A DNA stretch of 61,352 nucleotides from positions 1-61,352 of the IMG/VR virus record IMGVR_UViG_3300032087_000329, one strand, 5' to 3'. The notes beneath the pieces are model-generated. The model was not told the origin of the DNA. It saw only the letters and a list, made by a program, of their open reading frames with translations, and made no database searches. The DNA is from a virus. Taxonomy: Duplodnaviria > Caudoviricetes. Below, one piece after another: positions 9,088 through 18,976 of this stretch. A program made the position numbers and the translations under genes. Within the stretch, counting starts at the first letter, position 1. Every line of letters begins with the position of its first letter.

Positions 9088-9378
9088 TTAAAGCTCCTTT
9101 ATTATCTTAGCCAAATCTCTGTGACCTTGTTGTTCTAAAACATTTTTCATAGTCACAACTTGACTGTTCATTGCTTGTTTCATATAATATAATATTGCAG
9201 AATATATAGCTACTCTGTAAGCTTCAGCTTGTTGACGAATATGTGGTTCTGAATTATCAGAAATGCCACATATTCTTTCTGTGCAACGTTCTGCCCAAAA
9301 CTCAGGACTGTGACCTTTATACTCAGTAGTAGAAACACCTATGGATCCTAATGTAGATGTAGTATCTATTTCTATCAC
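9088..9378 (-). CDS. Hypothetical protein
   Basis: ORF coupled to its neighbours in the structural operon. Confidence 0.6.
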   Translation of the reverse strand: MIEIDTTSTLGSIGVSTTEYKGHSPEFWAERCTERICGISDNSEPHIRQQAEAYRVAIYSAILYYMKQAMNSQVVTMKNVLEQQGHRDLAKIIKEL

Positions 9379-10019
9379 GCTTGTGGTTCTCTTCTTATTT
9401 CACCATACCTATATTGGTCTCTAGTGCTTTTGGCTTCCCCAAGATTTTTTAGCATCATAATAGCTTCTTGGAAACGTTGTTCGTAAACTGGTATTGATTC
9501 AAAATTTTTCAAATACATAGCACCTTCAGCTAGACTTCCGTAAAGTAGTGCATTTATTGCATTTTCTGACATCCATGTTGTTGATGAACTGTCTGTTAAG
9601 GATTGAGGTCTGTAGAAATAGTGTAACTCAAATGTAAAATTGCTGTTAGGTGTTGGTGCAAGTATAAATGTATCGCTATCAAACTCAGCATAGTATTGTG
9701 GACTTCCTGTAGTGGAAGCAACTGGAGTGTAGTCTCTTATAAACGACACATGTTTTAGTTTTAAAAAAGTGTACGTATTGTTTTCGTCTATAACTGCTAA
9801 ACTAAATGGAGCTAAAAAATCGGTAGGCATAGTTAAATATGTGTTATCAGCTGTGCCTGTGCCTGTCACATTCTTTTTAAATTCATCTAATTGTACACTT
9901 TTTAAAATTTTTTCTTCTGTTGCTTTTATAAAGTTAGGGATGTTTGAAACAAAAGACGACTCTGTATTCTCTAAATATTCTTTAATAGCTGTAGTTAATG
10001 TAGTATTAGTCCAACTCAT
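9375..10019 (-). CDS. Head-tail adaptor/tail tubular-like protein
   Basis: LAPTPNS...LHYFYRP...LLYGSL.E; position in the structural module. Confidence 0.6.
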   Translation of the reverse strand: MSWTNTTLTTAIKEYLENTESSFVSNIPNFIKATEEKILKSVQLDEFKKNVTGTGTADNTYLTMPTDFLAPFSLAVIDENNTYTFLKLKHVSFIRDYTPVASTTGSPQYYAEFDSDTFILAPTPNSNFTFELHYFYRPQSLTDSSSTTWMSENAINALLYGSLAEGAMYLKNFESIPVYEQRFQEAIMMLKNLGEAKSTRDQYRYGEIRREPQA

Positions 10020-10372
10020 GTGGTTACACTGACTCCTCCAAGCTCTGCTGTTGCTTGTTGCCCTGTAAAACTGGAACCTATGGTATTGCTATTTAAAGCA
10101 TACATAATTGGTGAACTAACTCCTGCACTGTTTACTGGGTTTTTTATTAAAACTGTTCCTAGATGTATGGTTGACTTAACATCTGGTCTAGCATTAAGTA
10201 ATGCTTCTGGGTCTGATACATTTCTTTTTGGCTCAAGCTGTGGATGTTTAGGATCGTACATATCTGGTCCAACCAACAAACCATCCCAAGTTCTTTTCAT
10301 AGTGTTTAATTTATATCTAAACCCACTTATGTCACATATACCGTATGCGTTTTTACCTCTTGCGTATGCCAT
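10016..10372 (-). CDS. Conserved phage hypothetical protein
   Basis: AYGICDISGFRY...WDGLLV...KHPQL. Confidence 0.6.
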   Translation of the reverse strand: MAYARGKNAYGICDISGFRYKLNTMKRTWDGLLVGPDMYDPKHPQLEPKRNVSDPEALLNARPDVKSTIHLGTVLIKNPVNSAGVSSPIMYALNSNTIGSSFTGQQATAELGGVSVTT

Positions 10373-11052
10373 TAGTACCCTATCCTCGGAGTAAGTTTTA
10401 TACTTGCTCTGTCTCTGTCTTCATCTGCAGCTCTTTTAAATGCTTCTTCATACTCCATTTTTAACAACGGAGACTTTTGTGGATTCTTTTTTAATGCTAT
10501 TTGATATGCTAATCCTAAAGACATACAGGGTATAAATCGACTAGGTACTTCTTGATCTTGTGTAGAAGCAGTAATGTCGTCTATTCTTTGTACTCTGTAA
10601 CTAATAAATTTATAAGTTGTAGTGTCATCTGGCGTAGGGTATACGTGTAAAACTGGCGTTTCTTTTCTTTCTACAAAATATTGAGAAGGTCTGCCTTTAG
10701 AAGTTTTATCTGGTATGTTTAAATATTCAGATCTACTTATACGTTCTAAAGTTATGTCACTGTATGTAGAACTGCTTGTGCTGTCGTAGACACGCACTAT
10801 AGCCTCTAGGACGTCAACATCATAAGAGTTTAAAGTGTAGGAAGAAGTTCCATTAGTAAAATCTAATGAAACTTGTTCTACTGTCCAAAGATTTATACCA
10901 CGATTGGACCAATCAGCAAACATAATGTTTAATGATCTTCTAGCAGTCCTGGCATCATATCCTGTTCTTAACTCAAGACCAGCAAGTTCATAGGCTTCTT
11001 CTATAACCTGTGCTGTGTCTAAACTAAATGTTTTCGTCCCTGAGGTCGCCAT
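10372..11052 (-). CDS. Head-tail adaptor/tail tubular protein
   Basis: EEAYE...ARRSLN...W.NRG.NLW...GRPSQYF...YPTPD. Confidence 0.65.
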   Translation of the reverse strand: MATSGTKTFSLDTAQVIEEAYELAGLELRTGYDARTARRSLNIMFADWSNRGINLWTVEQVSLDFTNGTSSYTLNSYDVDVLEAIVRVYDSTSSSTYSDITLERISRSEYLNIPDKTSKGRPSQYFVERKETPVLHVYPTPDDTTTYKFISYRVQRIDDITASTQDQEVPSRFIPCMSLGLAYQIALKKNPQKSPLLKMEYEEAFKRAADEDRDRASIKLTPRIGY

Positions 11053-11056
11053 GTGT

Positions 11057-11464
11057 TTAGTACTCTTTTACAACTGTTAACACTATAACGTAAGAATCAC
11101 CACTAGCGTGTCCAGTGGTAGTTAGTTTTATGTCACCTGTTTTCCCACTTGCTGCTGCAGTATTTTGCAGACCACCCATGTAGGAAAAATCTATGTCATC
11201 ACTATAGTCAGAATTTAAATCCCAACATATAGTATTTGTACTAGCGTTCCATAATAACTTTACACTCATGCCGAAAGTTGAATAGTTTATTCTACTAACT
11301 TTACAACCTGTACAAGTAGCACCATCAGTACTTCTTGTAGCTAGTGCACTTACATCGACTTTAGTGACAGCTGATTCACCAGTACCATCAGACGTGTTAG
11401 TAAGCTGTATAACAGCTTTTCTATCATCGTCAACAATTGTTGTTGAGGTTACTGCATCTGCCAT
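11057..11464 (-). CDS. Virion structural protein
   Basis: SDGTGESAVTKVDVSAL; downstream of the capsid genes. Confidence 0.55.
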   Translation of the reverse strand: MADAVTSTTIVDDDRKAVIQLTNTSDGTGESAVTKVDVSALATRSTDGATCTGCKVSRINYSTFGMSVKLLWNASTNTICWDLNSDYSDDIDFSYMGGLQNTAAASGKTGDIKLTTTGHASGDSYVIVLTVVKEY

Positions 11465-11473
11465 ATCCTACTC

Positions 11474-11980
11474 CTATGCGTCTGCGAATGGAGTAACCAC
11501 AGTACCAGAAGCAAGAACGATACCTTCAACTGCGTACTTGGCTGCACCTATAGCAGTCACTTTAATTACAGTACCAACTATACCACCTTTAGTAGTACCG
11601 TTTAAAGTAATGACGTCATTACTAGCACCTGACATAAAAGTTTTACCTGCTGCGTCACTCTTACCTAGATATAAACCACCTACGAACTTATCAGTTCCGT
11701 CAGTAAGAATATCCATATCAGTAGCTGCAGTTTCTACTACAAAAGTAAAAGTAGCACCTAAGTTATTAGTTTGGTTTGGGTCGTCGTCTCTTCCTGGAGC
11801 AGTAGCTACGATACTTGGTAAAGTAAATTTACCGTCTGCATCATTACAAGTAAGAACTTTACCTGCGTGTGCATCTACTGTGAGTGTTGTGTCTGCAGTT
11901 AAACTAACTACGTTAGCATTACCTGCTGAAATAAATCCTGCTAATGACCTTACAGGACCTGAAAAGGTTGATTTTGCCAT
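11474..11980 (-). CDS. Virion structural/capsid-associated protein
   Basis: MAKSTFSGPVRS N-terminus; directly after the major capsid gene. Confidence 0.55.
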   Translation of the reverse strand: MAKSTFSGPVRSLAGFISAGNANVVSLTADTTLTVDAHAGKVLTCNDADGKFTLPSIVATAPGRDDDPNQTNNLGATFTFVVETAATDMDILTDGTDKFVGGLYLGKSDAAGKTFMSGASNDVITLNGTTKGGIVGTVIKVTAIGAAKYAVEGIVLASGTVVTPFADA

Positions 11981-12084
11981 AATTTTTCTCCCGAAAAATA
12001 AGTTTTACTATCTTGGCTTGTCTGCTAGGTCAGTTAGTAAAACAAGTTAATAAATCCTAGACTTTTATGATATATCACTTCTGC

Positions 12085-12114
12085 AAAAAAAGAAAGGGAG
12101 CTAAATGCTCCCTT
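12085..12114 (-). terminator. Intrinsic terminator after the major capsid gene
   Basis: 8-bp stem AAGGGAGC/GCTCCCTT followed by a T-tract on the minus strand. Confidence 0.8.
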
Positions 12115-12133
12115 CCTAAAGATCGTTTAGAAC

Positions 12134-13042
12134 TTACGCTCCAGGAGATCCGTATATGCCTCTCCAATCACTAAATCCGAAAGAATATCTTTCTCTAGCT
12201 TTGTATCGCATATTTCCTGTCTCGAAGTCGCCTTCCATGCCAGTTGACATTGCAGCTCTAACAAAATGCTTTAATCCGTTAGGAGCATCTGTTTTAATGA
12301 AGAATGCATCTGTATCTGTTAAGAAATGGTTAACTGTGTAACCGTCAGGAAGCATACTCATATTTTTAAGAGCATTAATATCATTGTCAGAAGTTCCAAC
12401 TCTGTTTGGAGTGTTTAACAATCTATCTGCAACGAACTGCAGTGCTGGTGGTACGATTAGCTTTCTAGCTTGAACGTTAGTTTTTAAACCACGCTCATCT
12501 TTAAAAGCTGCAATGTCAATCATTGCATTTTCTAAAGAAGTCTCGTTTAAATCCGCAGCAGTGCTGGGTTCGTTAGACTGATCACCAGCTGTTAAAGTTG
12601 GATGATCTGTTGTCATTAATGGTTTGCCGTCGCCTCCTGGAAAGGAAGTTGAGAAACCATTGTTTAGTACATTCGCTGCTTTCACTTGTTTCGTTTGACT
12701 CATAGAACGAGCTAACGCTTTAGTGTATCTAGCTGATATACTGTCGTACAGATTGTCTTCTATAGCTTCTTCTGTGAGAGAGAAAGCTAATGCTACGGTT
12801 TCGTGTGAATACCTAGCTGTGAAAGTTTCTTGAGCATAGTCGTAAGTGACTGCTGCACCCTCGCCTTTCACAGGAGCTTCACCGAAGCCTGATAACATAA
12901 CTTCTTCCTCAAACGCTCTGTCTGAATTTTCTGTATCAAAAATTTCAGCATGTTCGTTTTCGTATCTGCTATATTCTAATCCGAAAAGAGCATTTAATCC
13001 AGGCTCTAGTTCTGCCACTAATTGGGCTCTGTTAATTGCCAT
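12134..13042 (-). CDS. Major capsid protein (Mu gpT-like family)
   Basis: LEPGLNALFGLEY, EEAIEDNLY, KALARSM, RYKARERYSFG..DWRGIYGSPGA; followed by a strong terminator. Confidence 0.88.
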   Translation of the reverse strand: MAINRAQLVAELEPGLNALFGLEYSRYENEHAEIFDTENSDRAFEEEVMLSGFGEAPVKGEGAAVTYDYAQETFTARYSHETVALAFSLTEEAIEDNLYDSISARYTKALARSMSQTKQVKAANVLNNGFSTSFPGGDGKPLMTTDHPTLTAGDQSNEPSTAADLNETSLENAMIDIAAFKDERGLKTNVQARKLIVPPALQFVADRLLNTPNRVGTSDNDINALKNMSMLPDGYTVNHFLTDTDAFFIKTDAPNGLKHFVRAAMSTGMEGDFETGNMRYKARERYSFGFSDWRGIYGSPGA

Positions 13043-13054
13043 TATCTATACTCC

Positions 13055-13594
13055 TTATGAATTACCGAACACAGAGGCTGGGAACGTCACGTATACTCTA
13101 GCGTATTGTCCAATAGAATTGCTTGGCTTATCTGGGAAGCCTACTACTGTCGCAATACCACTAGAAGTTGTGGTTGTCACACCCTCTTTTGATCTACCTG
13201 TTGATGTATCACCTGCAGTTGTGCTTATAGTGTTAGTTGTACCTATTGATGCTTGTGTAGGAGTACCAGTAGACTGAGCCTCGTAAACAATATCAGGGTC
13301 AACATACACATAGGCTTTTGCATCTGCAGAACCTAAAGTAGCAGTATCAGCTGTCCACATCTTTGAGAAGATCTTTTCACCTGACGTTGCTGTATATTCC
13401 ACTCCATAGAATACGCCTAGAGGAGTACCTGTTGCAGTACCCTGTATAACATAACCACTCGAGAGATTTACTACGTCACCTGAAAAAATCGATGCATTTG
13501 TAGCACTTGCTATTGCAAACTCTTGAGGTCTGATTACGCCACCAGACATATGATATGCGGGAGTGAAACCATCTGGGTCATTAATATTCGCCAT
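13055..13594 (-). CDS. Capsid decoration/minor head protein
   Basis: IFSGDVV...GVFYGVEY...DPDIVYEAQ; directly upstream of the major capsid gene. Confidence 0.6.
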   Translation of the reverse strand: MANINDPDGFTPAYHMSGGVIRPQEFAIASATNASIFSGDVVNLSSGYVIQGTATGTPLGVFYGVEYTATSGEKIFSKMWTADTATLGSADAKAYVYVDPDIVYEAQSTGTPTQASIGTTNTISTTAGDTSTGRSKEGVTTTTSSGIATVVGFPDKPSNSIGQYARVYVTFPASVFGNS

Positions 13595-13643
13595 TTTTAT
13601 TCACCTATAATATATATGTGTTAAATTTACCTTAATTATAAAA

Positions 13644-14132
13644 TTAAGATCCTTTACCGAAAGTCACTTTCGTTGATCTATTAGGTTGACTAATAGGCAT
13701 CGAAGGATTACTTTCTCTCATTAAATCTGTGTCGACAGCATTCATTGCATCAGCAGTCATATTATCAAAATATGCTTGCCTCTCTTTAACTGTCTCCTCA
13801 GGTATTCTAGCCAGGATCAATCCACCTACTCCGATTACACCTGCGTGCACACCATCATTAATCGTTGGAGCTTCAAAGTCTGGATATTCTTCAGCACGAA
13901 CAGGCTCAAATCCTTCACGTAAACGTTTGGACATGTTAGTTCTGTCATCCTGACCTAATATAGACTCTCTTATCCATCGATGTTTAAATCCTGGTGGGGC
14001 AGGAGGTGCATCTAATGCAGAGGGTTGTTTCCATGGTGTTCTGCGAGACTCTTTTTCTCGTGCTTGTGCAGATCGAGGAGATCGATCAGAAGCAACAGAT
14101 TGTTCTACGTTATTAGTATCTTTGTCTGTCAT
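13644..14132 (-). CDS. Conserved head-module hypothetical protein
   Basis: LDAPPAPPGFKHRWIR...GVGGLILARIP. Confidence 0.65.
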   Translation of the reverse strand: MTDKDTNNVEQSVASDRSPRSAQAREKESRRTPWKQPSALDAPPAPPGFKHRWIRESILGQDDRTNMSKRLREGFEPVRAEEYPDFEAPTINDGVHAGVIGVGGLILARIPEETVKERQAYFDNMTADAMNAVDTDLMRESNPSMPISQPNRSTKVTFGKGS

Positions 14133-14144
14133 TTTATACTCCTT

Positions 14145-15056
14145 TTAATTTGATTTAACATATTTAGCATACTCTTCAAGAGGCACACCGAGTTTTTTCG
14201 CTATTGCTACTTGACTCTGTGTGAGTTTAATAGTCTTACTGCGTGCTTTATTACTTCTAGCTTGTCTTGTGGGACTAGCAACTCTCTGCACGGGAGAGTC
14301 AGAAACTTGTTCTCGAGAACCATTATCGGTGGTAATACCAAAATTAGCAAGTCTCTTGTCTAATTCTTCATAATACCCATCAGTTGTTCCATCGAATCCT
14401 TCTTCCATTAACTCACGATGTATACCAAATGCTGCGAAAGTTGCACCTTGGTTTTGTCCAAACCATGTGTTTCTAGCAGCCCAGTCTTGAGCTTTTTTAT
14501 CTGGTACAGGTGCACCAGCATTATTAGGTACAAAAGAAGCAGTTTCATCAGGTGTTTGTGTTTCACCCTGTTCAGCTTTCTTTTTCTTTTGTTCAGAGAC
14601 TCTACGGAGACTTTCTTTTTCTACAGAAAGTCTGGATAATTTCTCGTTGGCTGCGACAATAGCTTCTGTATCTCCTTTGTCAAAAGCTTCTTTGTACTCA
14701 GCTTTTGCTGCTTCTAATTCAGTAGATATTCTATTGTCATACTCAGAAAACATTGCTGTGTTAGCAGAATCAGCTTTTTTCTTAAGTTTCTCGTTCTCTT
14801 CTTGTACTTTTTGAGCCCAAGAAATAGCTTCTTCACTTTGTCTTTCTGATTCTCTGAGTTTGTAGGTAAGTTTGTTTATTCGTTTTTGAACACCCTCACT
14901 ATACTCTTCTTGCTCAGATTTATTTTCTGTAGGTTGTTCTTCAACTACCTCCAGTTTCTCTTTCTGTGATTCTTCTTCCTTTTCTTCAGTAGGAAGTTCT
15001 ACTTCTACTGTTTCTTCTTTGGCAAGCATTTCTTCTTGTTGCATGGCTTTCTCCAT
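14145..15056 (-). CDS. Capsid scaffolding protein
   Basis: Acidic coiled coil, VQKRINKLT, C-terminal IAKKLGVPLEEYAK. Confidence 0.7.
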   Translation of the reverse strand: MEKAMQQEEMLAKEETVEVELPTEEKEEESQKEKLEVVEEQPTENKSEQEEYSEGVQKRINKLTYKLRESERQSEEAISWAQKVQEENEKLKKKADSANTAMFSEYDNRISTELEAAKAEYKEAFDKGDTEAIVAANEKLSRLSVEKESLRRVSEQKKKKAEQGETQTPDETASFVPNNAGAPVPDKKAQDWAARNTWFGQNQGATFAAFGIHRELMEEGFDGTTDGYYEELDKRLANFGITTDNGSREQVSDSPVQRVASPTRQARSNKARSKTIKLTQSQVAIAKKLGVPLEEYAKYVKSN

Positions 15057-15063
15057 GTTATAT

Positions 15064-15501
15064 TTAGTAATCTACTGCTTCAGGGTCAGGTATTCTAGCT
15101 AAGATCTCGTCATCGTTTAGAAGGCGAAGTTCTCCTCCATCTATTTTAAACCGAGCTCCAGCATACCTGCCGAACAGCACCCATTCTCCCTCTTTGCACC
15201 ATGCACCCTCAGGAAACTTTGCAGGATCCTTATAAGCGTCTGGTCCAAGAGAAATAACATATCCTACAACTGAGGATATAGTGTCTCTTTCTATTGTTCC
15301 TTTGTCTAAAATAATACCACCGTCTGTAACTGCAGCTCTTCCTCTAGGAAGTATCAATACTCTATACCCTGTAGGTACAGGCAGTAAATCTTTTTGTGAA
15401 GTAGCTGTTTCAGGTGTCATTTGTGTATCTTTGACTTCTTCTTCCATTTTCTTTTTTACTGTTCCAAAATTATCGACAGTTTTTGGTATAGTTTCACTCA
15501 T
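15064..15501 (-). CDS. groES: Co-chaperonin GroES-like
   Basis: PTGYRVLI, TDGGIIL, VLFGRYAG, LLNDDEILA. Confidence 0.85.
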   Translation of the reverse strand: MSETIPKTVDNFGTVKKKMEEEVKDTQMTPETATSQKDLLPVPTGYRVLILPRGRAAVTDGGIILDKGTIERDTISSVVGYVISLGPDAYKDPAKFPEGAWCKEGEWVLFGRYAGARFKIDGGELRLLNDDEILARIPDPEAVDY

Positions 15502-15694
15502 CTATTTCTTTCTCCATATTCTTTTGCAGGTCAATTATTTCTTGTTCGGCAGAGCGAAGACCTGATATCTCTCCGACGACACGTTGGTATTGCTCATGAT
15601 TTGCAACACCACCTGATGAAAGCGTCTCCTCAAGTGAGGAAATACGATCCCTGTACTTTTTTAACAAGTACTCTACGACTTTAATGTAATCCAT
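15494..15694 (-). CDS. Small hypothetical protein
   Basis: Coupled ORF containing YQRVVGEISGL. Confidence 0.6.
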   Translation of the reverse strand: MDYIKVVEYLLKKYRDRISSLEETLSSGGVANHEQYQRVVGEISGLRSAEQEIIDLQKNMEKEIDE

Positions 15695-15921
15695 TAAGGT
15701 TTGTGGTGAATCCCTTGTGTTGCAGCTCCAACACCTTTAGTTTTAACTTTACCATCAAAAAGACCTCCGTCTTTCATCTCCTTATACATTCCACCACCTT
15801 TTAATTTTTTCTTTCCACGTAAAGCCTTAAAATCTTCTCCTTCTAAAACTTTTGGATCTCCAGCCATAGCTGCAATTTTTTTCTGTTTGGGAGAATACTC
15901 TCCTGACTTACCTTTTGGCAT
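15694..15921 (-). CDS. Small Lys/Gly-rich basic protein
   Basis: AGGAG RBS; SPKQKKIA, LKGGG, MKDGG. Confidence 0.65.
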   Translation of the reverse strand: MPKGKSGEYSPKQKKIAAMAGDPKVLEGEDFKALRGKKKLKGGGMYKEMKDGGLFDGKVKTKGVGAATQGIHHKP

Positions 15922-15929
15922 AATAACTC

Positions 15930-16106
15930 CTATGTACCTTTTTTAGCTTTTAGTTTAGCTGTTTTACTTAATTCATTAAAATGGAATAATCTTACACTCG
16001 TTTTAGTGTGAGTTTTGTTAGAATGTAAATGTCCGTTAGGCATTTTATGTGTATTGCCTTTAAACTCAGTTCCATCTCTTTTATAGTGTTTCTGACCTTT
16101 ACCCAT
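15930..16106 (-). CDS. Small His/Lys-rich protein (58 aa)
   Basis: Hand translation MGKGQKHYKRDGTEFKGNTHKMPNGHLHSNKTHTKTSVRLFHFNELSKTAKLKAKKGT. Confidence 0.6.
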   Translation of the reverse strand: MGKGQKHYKRDGTEFKGNTHKMPNGHLHSNKTHTKTSVRLFHFNELSKTAKLKAKKGT

Positions 16107-16109
16107 AAC

Positions 16110-16166
16110 TTATTTCTTTTTCTTATCTTTCTTTTTCTTTTTACCGTATCCTTTTCCTTTTGGCAT
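16110..16166 (-). CDS. Lys-rich micro-peptide (18 aa)
   Basis: MPKGKGYGKKKKKDKKKK; shares the AGGAGTTATTATGCCAAAAGG initiation context with the 15921 start. Confidence 0.5.
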   Translation of the reverse strand: MPKGKGYGKKKKKDKKKK

Positions 16167-16174
16167 AATAACTC

Positions 16175-16513
16175 CTATTTAAGTTGTGTTGGTTTTCTAC
16201 GTTTGTTGTCAGTTACTCCACAGCCTTTACTTTGCACGAAAACACCACCGTCTCTCATTTTAACCATTGTGCCTCCAGGCATTCCGTTTTTCAATCCACC
16301 GTCTGCCATTTTATACAAGCCACCACCAGCTTTTTTCGCAGTTTTAGCTGCATCTTCGAAATCTTGTTTACTAGGAGCACCTTTCTCTCCAGGTTTTCTC
16401 ATTTTTTCACCACGTTTTTTCTTTTGATTTATATTGTAATATAAACCTTTTTTAACAGTTCTACCGTCTTGTGTTCTGTGTGTATCTTTACCCATCAGTT
16501 CTATCCTCTGCAT
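16175..16513 (-). CDS. Small basic protein
   Basis: KKGLYYNI..K, MRKPGEKGAPS, repeated MADGG/MRDGG; real start may be the internal MGKD. Confidence 0.65.
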   Translation of the reverse strand: MQRIELMGKDTHRTQDGRTVKKGLYYNINQKKKRGEKMRKPGEKGAPSKQDFEDAAKTAKKAGGGLYKMADGGLKNGMPGGTMVKMRDGGVFVQSKGCGVTDNKRRKPTQLK

Positions 16514-18929
16514 CTTTTACTTGTTTTAATATTTCGCTGTAAGATTTTTGTGTTTTAAGTTCAGCGTCCATTGCATCTTTTTCTCGTTGAGCAGCAATTC
16601 TCTGTTGAGCTATATCTTCATTCTTATCTGCTTTTGCGAGAGATGTTTGTGCGTCTAGCTCTGCTTTGGTAAGCTCTGTTCGAGCTCGTAATTGGTCAGC
16701 TTGAGCTTTACGTTGTATTTCCATTTGTTGTAACTCTAGTTGTTTATTAGCTAAGTCTACTTGAGGTTGTTGTTGTGCTATTTGCTGTGCTTGTATAAGA
16801 GCTTGTTCTTGTCCTGTAATCTGTTGTGTTGCTTGTGCTGCCATCATAGCTATCTGGTTCTCTACTTCCATGGGCACAGGTTGTCCAGGTTCAGGCAATT
16901 GCATTCCTTGTTCTGCCATAATTTGTTGCACCTGTAGTCTATACTTCAACGCTTGATGCTCTTGTATGTGTGCTTGTAAAGCAGACAATGCAGCAGGGTT
17001 TTGTTGTACCATAGGGTTTTGCATAAATGCCATATGTGCTTGTATGTGGGCATCGTGGTTTTGTTCTAAAAATGCTTTTAGAGGCATCCCCATCAATGCA
17101 TCTTGATTTTCCTGTACTGGATCTTTAGGCATAGCCTCGTCTTCAGGTATTAGTATCTCATCTATATTCTGTACACCTAAAGCACTGTACATTTTATAAT
17201 ATGCTTGATGTAAATCGTGTAATTGTGGTGCACTTTGTGCTAACTGTAGTTGAGTTTGTGCTAACACTACTCTTTGACTCATGCTGAAAATATTAGGGTC
17301 ACTTACAGGTAAAACATCTACTTGACCGTCGAAATCTTTAGCATAGACAGTTCTTGAACCTCCAACTACATCATATGGGTACTCTGGTGGTAAAGACTCA
17401 GAAAAAACTCTCGCAAGAAGTTTAAACTCCATTTTTTGTGCATAATGTAGTCTTTTATGGATTGCAGACATTATTTTGCTTCCACGTTCCATCATAGCAA
17501 TAGTTGTTCCTACTGGAGCTTCTTGTCCCATGTCACCCATCTTCATGTCAGCAATATTAGCAAAACGTTGACCACTATCTACTAATACACCTAAAAGTTG
17601 GGCTAATACACCACTCGGCTCTTTGTACGGCAACGGCATGAGTGCATCTCTAATGGTGCCACCTGGAACATCTACATCTCGCCACTCTCCAGGTTCAATA
17701 GGTGTATCATCGTCTCGGATACGCATTCCTCTTGCTTTAAACCCTGCTGGAAGATTGGATAATGTCCCTGCGTCTATTAATTGTCTTAATAGTGAGGTTG
17801 CAGATTTACTTAAACCTCCAATCATGTGTATTAACCCAAAACCGTAAAAACCTAATCCTGGAAGGAACTTATAGTGTACAAAATACTCTATTTTCTTTTT
17901 TAGAGGATCGTTAGGGTCAAAATTCTTACGTATAGAAAGTATTTGCATGCTTTCTTTGATTATAGTGACTATATACGGTAAAGCTACGCCTGTAGGCTCT
18001 CCGTCGACCGTATCTTCGAATCCTTCTAGGTCTAATTCGACGTGCATTTCTAAAACAGTGTATGTTTCAGAGTCTGTAGGTCTTGAAACACCTGTAATAT
18101 CGTCTATTTTCTCTTTTACACCTGCTATATCGCCTTCATAATCGTTTGCAGGAGCTCCTATCTCTAAATCTCTGTATAAACCAGCCATTTGCATCTTGCG
18201 AATATGGTTTCCTGACATTTCTATTACATGTGTAGCTCTAGGACACTCTGTTAAGTCGTTTGTAGAGTAAGAAACTATAAAATCTTCTGCCATAACGAAG
18301 CTACTTACTGCTCGAGCTTTGGCTGGGTCATAATATACCTTTTTAAACGCAGATCCAGACAATGGTAAGTAAAATAATAGTTGGTCAAGTTCAGGATCGT
18401 ACTCTTCCATGTTGTACGTAATCTGATAATTCATGAATTCTTTGACTCTTTGAGCTTGTTGCTCTCTTAATGTGTCAGCAACACCTAATATTTGTGTTTG
18501 TACAGGTCCATCAGCTGGTAAAAGTTCTTTATATGCTTGTGCTTGAAACTGTGCTACCGATTCAGATAGCAAAGGATGGTGTACACCACTCGCTCCAGGA
18601 AATGGTTCACTTCTATCTTCAGCTTTTATACCTAAAAGATCTAAACCTTTAGTAAAAGTTTCTAACCATTCTCTTCTTGACTCTTCGTCTTCGTCAAAAT
18701 CAGAGCAAAGATCACTAGCTAACGCTGTTAAATCATCTTCGCTTATTATTTCGGCTAAGTTTTTGTTGATGTCTTCTGGTGGATCAGGAACAATGTCTAT
18801 ATTTGAAAGTTCTTCTTCTCCCTCTATGACAATATTTTCTGGTAAGATCTCTTCCATCTCGTCAGGAACCTCTATTTCGGCTGTTTCACCGTTCAATAAC
18901 GACTCTAACTCTACTTTTTCTATTGCCAT
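16488..18929 (-). CDS. Portal protein
   Basis: 813 aa; PFPGASGVHHPLL, LPLSGSAFKKVYYD, LRQLIDAGTLSNLPAGFK; Gln-rich tail; downstream of terL. Confidence 0.88.
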   Translation of the reverse strand: MAIEKVELESLLNGETAEIEVPDEMEEILPENIVIEGEEELSNIDIVPDPPEDINKNLAEIISEDDLTALASDLCSDFDEDEESRREWLETFTKGLDLLGIKAEDRSEPFPGASGVHHPLLSESVAQFQAQAYKELLPADGPVQTQILGVADTLREQQAQRVKEFMNYQITYNMEEYDPELDQLLFYLPLSGSAFKKVYYDPAKARAVSSFVMAEDFIVSYSTNDLTECPRATHVIEMSGNHIRKMQMAGLYRDLEIGAPANDYEGDIAGVKEKIDDITGVSRPTDSETYTVLEMHVELDLEGFEDTVDGEPTGVALPYIVTIIKESMQILSIRKNFDPNDPLKKKIEYFVHYKFLPGLGFYGFGLIHMIGGLSKSATSLLRQLIDAGTLSNLPAGFKARGMRIRDDDTPIEPGEWRDVDVPGGTIRDALMPLPYKEPSGVLAQLLGVLVDSGQRFANIADMKMGDMGQEAPVGTTIAMMERGSKIMSAIHKRLHYAQKMEFKLLARVFSESLPPEYPYDVVGGSRTVYAKDFDGQVDVLPVSDPNIFSMSQRVVLAQTQLQLAQSAPQLHDLHQAYYKMYSALGVQNIDEILIPEDEAMPKDPVQENQDALMGMPLKAFLEQNHDAHIQAHMAFMQNPMVQQNPAALSALQAHIQEHQALKYRLQVQQIMAEQGMQLPEPGQPVPMEVENQIAMMAAQATQQITGQEQALIQAQQIAQQQPQVDLANKQLELQQMEIQRKAQADQLRARTELTKAELDAQTSLAKADKNEDIAQQRIAAQREKDAMDAELKTQKSYSEILKQVKDAEDRTDG

Positions 18930-18976
18930 GTATTCTCCAATCCAGGTGGATAGTCTAAATCATACTTATAAATTCT

